Assembly: GCF_000155895.1 (NCBI RefSeq)
Contig: NZ_DS995298.1
Coordinates: forward strand, 930,001 to 962,000
Direction: 5' to 3'
Source of the DNA: Candidatus Pelagibacter sp. HTCC7211
Lineage (GTDB): Bacteria > Pseudomonadota > Alphaproteobacteria > Pelagibacterales > Pelagibacteraceae
DNA: 32,000 nucleotides
In this document: in pieces, positions 9,163 to 16,447 of the stretch
Numbering within the stretch: the stretch's first letter is position 1
Layout of the letters: each line of letters starts with the position of its first letter
Program-made: the position numbers and the translations under genes
Notes under the pieces: model-generated
What the model was told of the DNA's origin: nothing
The model's input: only the letters and a program-made list of their open reading frames with translations
Database searches by the model: none

Positions 9163-10027
9163 ATAAGTCTTTTAAATATATAATTACAGCAATCCAAATA
9201 AAAATAAAGCTTACTAATTTTGTTATTGAAAAAGGCTCTTCATAATAAAAAAAACCAAGTAAAAACTGAAGAGTTGGTGTGATATAAAAAATCATTCCAG
9301 TAGGTCCTAGCCCGCTCAATTCAACACCTCTTACATATAGAAATAATGGTATCACAGTCATAGGACCAGCTAAAAATATAAACAGCATCATTGGTGGATT
9401 AGATAATTGAAAATCATTATGATTATTTGAGGCAATTAGATAAAAAGCTAAAGCTGCAAATGGCAATATATATAAACTTTCTATTAACAAACCGATATCA
9501 GTATCTATATTAATTTTTTTTCTAATTAAATTATAAAAACCCCAGCTTAGAGCTACAATTAAACCTACCCAGGGTAATGATTTAAAGCTTACTAATATTA
9601 AATATAATATTGAAAATATAACAAGTATAATTGAAAATATTCTTTTTTTATTAAGTTTTTCTTTAAAAAATATATAGCCAAGTAATACACTTAATATAGG
9701 CATCATAAAATAACCAAAGCTTGCATCAATTATTCTATCTGTTGCAATTGCATATATCCATACAGCCCAATTTATAAATATAAGTAATCCTGAAAAAAAA
9801 AGATAAATTAAATATTTTTTATTTTTTATAATATTAAAAAAAATATCCCATTTAGAAAAAAAGAAAGTTGATATTATTAATGTAAATGTGGTCCAAAGAC
9901 ATCTATGAACAACAAGTTCTACATGACCAATATAAGCTATATATTTAAAATAAAGTACACCAATAAACCCCCACCAAAAAGAACCAAAACCAGCTAGCAA
10001 TAACCCTTTGTTAAAATCTTTATTCAT
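9149..10027 (-). CDS. rarD: EamA/RarD-family transporter (10-TM DMT superfamily)
   Basis: This is a 292-aa highly hydrophobic ORF with two EamA-like halves. The N-terminus GLLLAGFGSFWWGFIGVLYFKYI resembles the RarD subfamily. Confidence 0.75.
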   Translation of the reverse strand: MNKDFNKGLLLAGFGSFWWGFIGVLYFKYIAYIGHVELVVHRCLWTTFTLIISTFFFSKWDIFFNIIKNKKYLIYLFFSGLLIFINWAVWIYAIATDRIIDASFGYFMMPILSVLLGYIFFKEKLNKKRIFSIILVIFSILYLILVSFKSLPWVGLIVALSWGFYNLIRKKINIDTDIGLLIESLYILPFAALAFYLIASNNHNDFQLSNPPMMLFIFLAGPMTVIPLFLYVRGVELSGLGPTGMIFYITPTLQFLLGFFYYEEPFSITKLVSFIFIWIAVIIYLKDLYETD

Positions 10028-10090
10028 TGGAAACTTATTGTCTATTAATAATAGCTTTTATTAGACTATTTTATGGTTGAATTAAATAAT

Positions 10091-10096
10091 TATAAT
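10091..10096 (+). promoter_or_regulatory. Candidate -10 box (TATAAT) for tRNA-Ser
   Basis: A perfect TATAAT hexamer lies 17 nt upstream of the mature tRNA 5' end. There is no convincing -35 at 17-bp spacing (ATTTTA). TATAAT is expected by chance in DNA this AT-rich. Confidence 0.25.
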
Positions 10097-10113
10097 AATA
10101 AAACCTTTTGCAC

Positions 10114-10203
10114 GGAGAGATGGCTGAGCGGTTGAAAGCACCGGTCTTGAAAACCGGCAAAGGGGCAACTCTTTCCTGGGTTCGAATCCCAGTCTCTCCG
10201 CCA
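10114..10203 (+). tRNA. tRNA-Ser (anticodon UGA), class II with long variable arm, CCA encoded
   Basis: Hand-folded. The acceptor GGAGAGA pairs with TCTCTCC. The anticodon stem is CCGGT/ACCGG with loop CTTGAAA (anticodon TGA). It has a long variable arm, a T-arm CTGGG-TTCGAAT-CCCAG, and a G discriminator followed by CCA. Confidence 0.95.
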
Positions 10204-10210
10204 TATATTA

Positions 10211-10480
10211 TTAATCTTCGTTATTATATTTAAAATTTTTAAATAATTTAAGTACATTGGTTTCATCAATTTTAATTTCGTTATCAATACCGTTAAAAAA
10301 ATTATAGAGACTTGTGTCATCAATATCTAATAATTTTTCTAAATCTATTAATTCATCTTGGTTTAATTGATTAATATATTTTTTTGTGAAAGCGCCTAAA
10401 AGCTTATCCATTTCTTTGGTTCCTCTATAATTGGATCTGTAAATAATTTTTTTTTTTAATTGATCTATATTGAAGTTCAT
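10211..10480 (-). CDS. sdhE: Succinate dehydrogenase flavinylation/assembly factor SdhE (SDHAF2/DUF339 family)
   Basis: This is an 89-aa ORF with the family-defining RGxxE motif (YRGTKEMDKLLGAF). Its divergent position next to recG is as in other Alphaproteobacteria. Confidence 0.8.
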   Translation of the reverse strand: MNFNIDQLKKKIIYRSNYRGTKEMDKLLGAFTKKYINQLNQDELIDLEKLLDIDDTSLYNFFNGIDNEIKIDETNVLKLFKNFKYNNED

Positions 10481-10502
10481 AATTAGAATATATTAGTTGA
10501 AT

Positions 10503-12554
10503 ATGAATAATAAAAGTAATTATCAATATTTATTATCAGATTTGACTGCTTTAAAAGGTGTTGGAATTAAAACCACTAATTTACTCAAGAAAAAAAACAT
10601 AAATAATATATTTGATTTATTGTGGAAATTACCAAAATCATCCACAGATAGAAGTTTTTCTACTAAAATTGTAGAGCTTCGTATTGGTGTTGAGCAAACT
10701 GTTACAATTGTTCCTCAAAAATATTTATTTCCTAGAATAAGAAATCTACCAAATAAAGTTTTGTGCAAAGATGAAACTGGAGAAATAGATTGTATTTTTT
10801 TCAATAGTTATGAAGGGTATGTCAAAAAGATTCTTCCTATTGGCAAGGAGATAACTGTAAGTGGTAAAATTGGTTATTTTAGAAATAGATATCAATTAAC
10901 TAATCCAAAATATATTTCAGAAGATGCGTCTCTAATAAAACAATCTCACAATACTTACTCTCTTACAGAGGGTATATCTGAGAAAATATATAATAAAATT
11001 ATAAATCAAATTATTGAAAATTTACCTATCTTGAATGAATGGCATACCAAAAGTATATTGAAGAGATTTGATAATATTAGTTGGAATGACTCAATAAAAG
11101 CTTTGCACAAACCAGATAATATAGGTGCCTATAAAAATAATTTTTATCAAAGACTTGCTTTTGATGAAATATTTTCAACTTTTTTAGTTAATTCTGAAAT
11201 AAGAAAAAAAATAAAAAAAAATAAAAAATTAAATAAAGTTTTGAATATTCAAAAACAAAACAATTTGATCAAAACATTAGATTTTTCTCTCACAACAGAT
11301 CAAATTAAATCATTAAAAGAAATTAATAATGATTTAAGCTCTTCTAATAAAATGTTTAGACTTTTACAAGGTGACGTTGGAAGTGGAAAAACAATAGTAT
11401 CATTACTAGCTGCATATAATAGTGTTAATGCAGGATTTCAGGTAGCAGTAATGGCTCCTACTGAAATTCTAGCGAGACAACATTTTACTTTAGCAAAAAA
11501 AATTTTTTCTAAAAATTTAAGATTAGAATTAATTTCTGGTAAATCTATATATAAAGAAAAAAAAGTTATATTAGATAATCTTTGTAATCATAAAATTGAT
11601 ATAATATTTGGAACTCATGCGATATTTCAAAAAAAAGTAAATTTTAAAAAACTTGGATTAATTATTATTGATGAACAACACAAGTTTGGTGTTAATCAAA
11701 GAAAAAGATTATCTGATAAAGGTGGTGTTGACTGTGATGTTTTATTAATGACAGCAACCCCTATTCCAAGAACTTTGACAATGACTGTATATGGAGACAT
11801 GGACCTTTCAATTATACGTGAAAAACCTCAATCAAGAAAACCAATAAAAACATACAGCAAATTAGAAAGTAAAGTTGATGATGTTATTCAATTTATTAAA
11901 AAAGAAATCAAATTAGGAAACCAAATATTTTGGGTGTGTCCATTAATTGATGAGTCTAAAAAAATTGATTATTCATCAGCTATTAAAAAATTTGAATTTC
12001 TGAAAGAAAAATTTCCTAATAAAGTATCCTTATTACATGGAAAAACTGATACTGAGGAAAAAGAAAAAATTTTGAATAATTTTTTAAACAAAAAATTTGA
12101 TATATTGGTTTCAACCACAATAATTGAAGTGGGAATAGATTTCCCTAATGCCAATGTAATTATCATAGAAAATGCTAATAAATTTGGATTATCACAATTG
12201 CACCAACTAAGAGGTAGAGTTGGTAGAGGTGATAAAGACTCAACATGTATATTAATGTTCAAATCTAACTTAAGTGAAAATGCAAAAAAAAGAATTAATA
12301 TTTTGAAACAAAATAATGATGGCTTTATTATTTCTGAAGAAGATATGAAAATAAGAGGATTTGGAGATATTTTAGGATTTAAGCAAAGTGGTATTAAGAA
12401 TTTTAAGTTAGCTGATCCTATTCATAATAATGATTTATTTCTTTTGGCAGAAAAAGAAATGAGAAGAATTGAAAAATCTAATGAAGATATTTCTAGATAT
12501 AAACCTTTAGTAAAATTATACGATAGAGCTGATATAATTAACGATTTAGCCTAA
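10503..12554 (+). CDS. recG: ATP-dependent DNA helicase RecG
   Basis: It has the N-terminal wedge/OB region, Walker A GDVGSGKT, DEQH box (IIDEQHKFG), TATPIPRT and motif VI QLRGRVGRG. The ORF-track start at 10497 is a TTG, and the ATG at 10503 is more likely. Confidence 0.95.
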   Translation: MNNKSNYQYLLSDLTALKGVGIKTTNLLKKKNINNIFDLLWKLPKSSTDRSFSTKIVELRIGVEQTVTIVPQKYLFPRIRNLPNKVLCKDETGEIDCIFFNSYEGYVKKILPIGKEITVSGKIGYFRNRYQLTNPKYISEDASLIKQSHNTYSLTEGISEKIYNKIINQIIENLPILNEWHTKSILKRFDNISWNDSIKALHKPDNIGAYKNNFYQRLAFDEIFSTFLVNSEIRKKIKKNKKLNKVLNIQKQNNLIKTLDFSLTTDQIKSLKEINNDLSSSNKMFRLLQGDVGSGKTIVSLLAAYNSVNAGFQVAVMAPTEILARQHFTLAKKIFSKNLRLELISGKSIYKEKKVILDNLCNHKIDIIFGTHAIFQKKVNFKKLGLIIIDEQHKFGVNQRKRLSDKGGVDCDVLLMTATPIPRTLTMTVYGDMDLSIIREKPQSRKPIKTYSKLESKVDDVIQFIKKEIKLGNQIFWVCPLIDESKKIDYSSAIKKFEFLKEKFPNKVSLLHGKTDTEEKEKILNNFLNKKFDILVSTTIIEVGIDFPNANVIIIENANKFGLSQLHQLRGRVGRGDKDSTCILMFKSNLSENAKKRINILKQNNDGFIISEEDMKIRGFGDILGFKQSGIKNFKLADPIHNNDLFLLAEKEMRRIEKSNEDISRYKPLVKLYDRADIINDLA

Positions 12555-13168
12555 GACTTTTTTGTAGATGTCCCTGCTGAAACAATAAATTTAGAAGCTT
12601 CTTCAAAACTCATATTTAGATAAATTACATCTTCTATTGGAAACATTAATAAAAAACCACTGGTAGGGTTAGGTGTGGTTGGAACAAAAACATTTATTAA
12701 TTTTTTGTTGGTTTTTTCTGCCATTTCACCAGCATTTTCTTTTGTCGCAAACCCAACAGCCCAAACATCTTTTCTTGGGTATTCAACTAGAACAACACTT
12801 TTTTTATTATCATCCTTTTTAGAAAATGTTTCGGTCATTTGAACAATTGCCGAATAAACAGTTCTCAAAAAAGGAATTCTTTTAAAAAGATCATCAATCA
12901 ATTTTAAAATTCTTCTTCCAAAAAAAGATAAAGAAATACCACCAACAAAAGTTATAAAAATTATTGAAATAACAATTTCAACCCCTGGTATGTTAAAAGG
13001 TAAATAACTATTAGGATTGATATTTTTAGGAATTAAATTTGAAGATATTCCAATTAAAATCTTACTAAGATAAAGTGTAAATCCAATTGGTATTAAGACA
13101 ACTACACCTGCTATAAAATAATTTCTTAGAGTTAATGATATAGATTTTTTATTTGGGTTTTTAGCCAT
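12551..13168 (-). CDS. DUF502-family membrane protein
   Basis: It has two N-terminal TM helices and the conserved VLVEYPRKDVWAVGFAT / VFVPTTPNPTSGF motifs of DUF502. The ORF-track start at 13210 is a TTG; I prefer the ATG at 13168 (MAKNPNKK). Confidence 0.75.
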   Translation of the reverse strand: MAKNPNKKSISLTLRNYFIAGVVVLIPIGFTLYLSKILIGISSNLIPKNINPNSYLPFNIPGVEIVISIIFITFVGGISLSFFGRRILKLIDDLFKRIPFLRTVYSAIVQMTETFSKKDDNKKSVVLVEYPRKDVWAVGFATKENAGEMAEKTNKKLINVFVPTTPNPTSGFLLMFPIEDVIYLNMSFEEASKFIVSAGTSTKKS

Positions 13169-13251
13169 AAGATCAATTAAAACTTGAGTAAATAACAAAA
13201 CTAATTGCAATAATAAATAGAACTAATAAAATTTTATTATTAAGATTCATT

Positions 13252-13257
13252 TATAAT
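13252..13257 (+). promoter_or_regulatory. Candidate -10 box (TATAAT) upstream of the M48 peptidase gene
   Basis: A perfect TATAAT lies 23 nt upstream of the ATG at 13281, inside the largest spacer of the window. The -35 is weak. Chance occurrence is plausible in AT-rich DNA. Confidence 0.2.
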
Positions 13258-13280
13258 GTTATTATCAATTTTATGCAAAA

Positions 13281-14108
13281 ATGAATAGAAGAAAATTCTT
13301 ATCATACATAGGTTGTGGTTGTTGTGGCTTCATTCTACCCTCTTGTACAACAGCTCCAATAACTGAACGAAAACAATTAAAAATTGTTTCAGAAGCTAAT
13401 TTAAATGCTCGAGCTGCTAAAATTTATGAAAAAATTAAAGAAAAAGAAAAAATGAGTGATGATATAAATACACTTAATGAAATTAAAGAAATAGGAAAAA
13501 GAATGGAAGATTCTATTTCAGAATATTTTGATAGAGAAAATTTAGATGACCCGACAAAAAATTTTGATTGGGAATATATCTTAATAGATAAAAAGAAAGT
13601 ACGTAATGCATGGTGTATGCCAGGAGGAAAGATTGCAGTATACACTGGTATTTTAGATGCAACAAAAAATACAAATGGTCTTGCCGCAGTAATGGGTCAT
13701 GAAATTGCCCACGCAGTTGCAAAACATTCTGTAGAAAGAGCTAGTAGAGGAACTTTATTAAATCTTGGAACTAAAATTATTGATGTAGCCAGTGGTGGGA
13801 TTTTATCTGATATCAACAGAACTACAGGACAAAACACTATTGGTTTACTTGCTCAACTTGGAATTTTAAATCCATTTAATAGAAAACAAGAAAGCGAAGC
13901 AGATTATTTAGGAATGATTTTTTCTTCATTATCAGGCTATGATATTAGAGAAACTACTAAAATATGGGAGAGAATGAAGAAACTTAATAAAGGAAAAGAA
14001 CCTCCAGAATTTATGAGCACACATCCATCTTCAGATAATAGAATTAGAGATTTAAACGAAAAAATGAATGAAGTGATTTTAGATTATCCTCCAATAAAAC
14101 TTACTTAA
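13281..14108 (+). CDS. M48-family zinc metallopeptidase, exported (probable lipoprotein with Tat-like signal)
   Basis: It has the HExxH zinc motif (GHEIAHAVAKH) with a downstream Glu ligand region (QESEADYLG). The N-terminus is MNRRKFLSYIGCGCCGFILPSC, with an RRxFL motif and a Cys in a lipobox-like context. Confidence 0.85.
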   Translation: MNRRKFLSYIGCGCCGFILPSCTTAPITERKQLKIVSEANLNARAAKIYEKIKEKEKMSDDINTLNEIKEIGKRMEDSISEYFDRENLDDPTKNFDWEYILIDKKKVRNAWCMPGGKIAVYTGILDATKNTNGLAAVMGHEIAHAVAKHSVERASRGTLLNLGTKIIDVASGGILSDINRTTGQNTIGLLAQLGILNPFNRKQESEADYLGMIFSSLSGYDIRETTKIWERMKKLNKGKEPPEFMSTHPSSDNRIRDLNEKMNEVILDYPPIKLT

Positions 14109-14117
14109 TTTAAATAG

Positions 14118-14193
<76 letters not shown>

Positions 14194-14200
14194 CCAGATA

Positions 14201-14211
14201 TTCAAATTGAA
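14201..14211. repeat. Palindromic 11-mer TTCAAATTGAA, copy 1 of a repeated 10-mer
   Basis: Read directly: 5-bp arms around a central A. The 10-mer TCAAATTGAA (14202-14211) recurs at 14250-14259. Confidence 0.6.
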
Positions 14212-14249
14212 TAGTTGTTATATACAGAATTATTTAAATTTTTCAAACG

Positions 14250-14259
14250 TCAAATTGAA
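14250..14259. repeat. Second copy of TCAAATTGAA (palindromic core TCAA-A-TTGA)
   Basis: Read directly. It is an exact 10-nt repeat of 14202-14211, 48 bp away, in the 84-bp spacer between tgt and tRNA-Lys. Confidence 0.6.
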
Positions 14260-14277
14260 CAAAAAAATAAAATTCTA

Positions 14278-15390
14278 CTACAACTTTTCAATGTATTTAT
14301 CATGAAATTGATCAAATGTACCTTCAGAAATATTCTTTCTAATAGCTTGCATTAATTCTTGATAAAAATTTATATTATGAAGCGTTAAAAGCATCGAAGC
14401 TAACATCTCATTAGTGTTAAATAAATGATTTAAATAATTTTTTGAGTATTTGTTAAGGTTTAAATTATTACAATTAGAGTCTAAAGGTGTATTGTCATTC
14501 TGATATTTATTGTTTTTAATATTAATTCTTCCATCCCAAGTAAATGCCAAACCAGTTCTGCCAGATCTAGTGGGTAAAACACAATCAAACATATCAATAC
14601 CTCTTTTTACAGCACCAATTAGATCTGAAGGGGTGCCCACACCCATTAAATAATGCGGTCTATCATTTGGAAGATGTTCTTTAATATCATCTAATACTTT
14701 AAACATTTCACTTTGAGACTCTCCAACCGCTAATCCACCCATCGCATATCCATCAAAACCAATTTTGATTAGTTCATTTAAAGATTTTATTCTTAAATCT
14801 TTGAACAATCCTCCTTGAACAATACCAAAAAGTGCTTTGTGAGGATTTTGTCCAAATGCTTTTTTTGATCTCTCTGCCCAATACAAAGATAAGTTCATTG
14901 ATTTTTTAATTAATTCATAGTCATTTGATTTTTTAGGACATTCATCCATAATCATTACTATGTCTGAGTTAAGACCAAGTTGAATTCTTATACTTTCTTC
15001 AGGACTTAAAAAAAACTTCTTACCATCTACATGAGAATTAAAAATTGCTCCTTTTTCTCTATCAATTTTATTTAGTTTTGATAATGACATAACTTGAAAA
15101 CCACCAGAGTCTGTAAGTATAGGCATACTGCAATTCATGAACTCATGCAGACCACCTGCTGATTTAATTCTATCAACACCAGGTCTAATCATTAAATGAT
15201 AAGTGTTAGATAATATAATTTCTGAACCAGTTTTTTTAATATCATCTATTGTACAAGCTTTAACTGTTGCTTGTGTTCCAACAGGCATGAATGCAGGTGT
15301 ATTAATATTACCCCTATGTGTTTCTATTAATCCACATCTTGCAAATTTATCTTGATGTAAAACTTTAAAGGCAAATTTTTTTAATGCCAT
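14278..15390 (-). CDS. tgt: Queuine tRNA-ribosyltransferase (tRNA-guanine transglycosylase)
   Basis: This is a 370-aa full-length ORF with TGT motifs TDSGGFQ, YLMGVGTPSDL, DCVLPTRSGRTG and LLTLHNINFY. The zinc-site CxCxxC motif is degenerate (see findings). Confidence 0.93.
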   Translation of the reverse strand: MALKKFAFKVLHQDKFARCGLIETHRGNINTPAFMPVGTQATVKACTIDDIKKTGSEIILSNTYHLMIRPGVDRIKSAGGLHEFMNCSMPILTDSGGFQVMSLSKLNKIDREKGAIFNSHVDGKKFFLSPEESIRIQLGLNSDIVMIMDECPKKSNDYELIKKSMNLSLYWAERSKKAFGQNPHKALFGIVQGGLFKDLRIKSLNELIKIGFDGYAMGGLAVGESQSEMFKVLDDIKEHLPNDRPHYLMGVGTPSDLIGAVKRGIDMFDCVLPTRSGRTGLAFTWDGRINIKNNKYQNDNTPLDSNCNNLNLNKYSKNYLNHLFNTNEMLASMLLTLHNINFYQELMQAIRKNISEGTFDQFHDKYIEKL

Positions 15391-15399
15391 TTAAAAAGT

Positions 15400-15960
15400 T
15401 TATTGCGATTTAAAACTAATAATTTTATCTGGCTCTGATACAGCTCCATTATTGCTATCATCACCTCTTTTAATCATATCAACAAACTCCATTCCCTCTA
15501 AAACTTTTCCAAATACTGTGTATTGTCTATCTAAGAAAGGTGCAGGTTTAAAACATATAAAGAATTGACTATTTGCAGAGTCTGGATCAGATGATCTTGC
15601 CATTGAAAGAGTGCCTCTGTCATGTGGTAAGCTACTAAATTCTTGTTTAAGATCTGGTAAATCAGATCCACCCATACCAGCTCTACTTAAATTAAAATCA
15701 TTTGAACTAGAGTTTCCAAATTTTACATCACCAGTTTGTGCCATAAAACCATCAATTACTCGATGAAATACTACATCGTTATATTGGCCGCTATCCGCTA
15801 ATTCTTTTATTCTTTTAACATGATTTGGTGCAACATCTTCAAATAACTCTATTTTAACGTCACCATCTTTTAATTTCAAAATCATTATATTCTCCTGGGC
15901 TATTGATTGATTAATAAATAAAAAAAATAAAATAAATATTTTAATAAGAAATTTATTCAT
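15400..15960 (-). CDS. Peptidyl-prolyl cis-trans isomerase, cyclophilin type, periplasmic
   Basis: It has a signal peptide (MNKFLIKIFILFFLFINQSIAQE) and cyclophilin motifs FHRVIDGFMAQTGD, SMARS..PDSANSQFFI and YTVFGKV. Confidence 0.9.
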   Translation of the reverse strand: MNKFLIKIFILFFLFINQSIAQENIMILKLKDGDVKIELFEDVAPNHVKRIKELADSGQYNDVVFHRVIDGFMAQTGDVKFGNSSSNDFNLSRAGMGGSDLPDLKQEFSSLPHDRGTLSMARSSDPDSANSQFFICFKPAPFLDRQYTVFGKVLEGMEFVDMIKRGDDSNNGAVSEPDKIISFKSQ

Positions 15961-16447
15961 ATTTTTCTTTTAAAGATTTAATTGTGCTTTTGGTAGTAAA
16001 TTTTTTTATATCACCATTTAATTTAACAATTTCTTTAACAAATTTTGAAGATATAATTTGATTTTCCACATCTGACATTAAGAAAATTGTTTCTATATTA
16101 TTATTTAATTTTCTATTCATTCCAGCTAATTGGAACTCATATTCAAAATCAGATACAGCTCTTAAGCCCCTTAAAATGACATTAGATTTATACTTTTTAC
16201 ATAAATCAGTTGTAAGAGAACTGAAAGAAACAACCAATATTTTTTTTCTATTTAATTTTAGATCTTTGAATAAAGCTTTATTGACAATATCTATTCTTTC
16301 ATTTGAATTAAATAAGTAATTTTTATTACTAACATCAGATACTGCAACTACTATCTTATCAAACAACTTCAATGATTTTTTAATAACATCAATATGACCA
16401 TACGTAATAGGATCAAATGTTCCAGGATAAATTGCTACTTTATTCAT
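15953..16447 (-). CDS. coaD: Phosphopantetheine adenylyltransferase
   Basis: This is a 164-aa ORF with the nucleotidyltransferase motif YPGTFDPITYGHIDVI and the RGLRAVSDFEYE motif. Confidence 0.92.
   Translation of the reverse strand: MNKVAIYPGTFDPITYGHIDVIKKSLKLFDKIVVAVSDVSNKNYLFNSNERIDIVNKALFKDLKLNRKKILVVSFSSLTTDLCKKYKSNVILRGLRAVSDFEYEFQLAGMNRKLNNNIETIFLMSDVENQIISSKFVKEIVKLNGDIKKFTTKSTIKSLKEKYE

Noticed and set aside
10090-10323. A 77-aa minus-strand ORF spanning the tRNA-Ser gene and the end of sdhE.
   Set aside because: It overlaps a perfectly folding tRNA-Ser(UGA) on the opposite strand and runs out of frame through sdhE. Its translation reflects the tRNA sequence (RDWDSNPG...) and is an artefact.
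14240-14277. A possible intrinsic terminator after tgt (minus-strand TTCAA...TTGAA pairing followed by A/T).
   Set aside because: The stem is only 5 AT-rich bp with an 8-nt loop and no proper U-tract. That is too weak to call a terminator.
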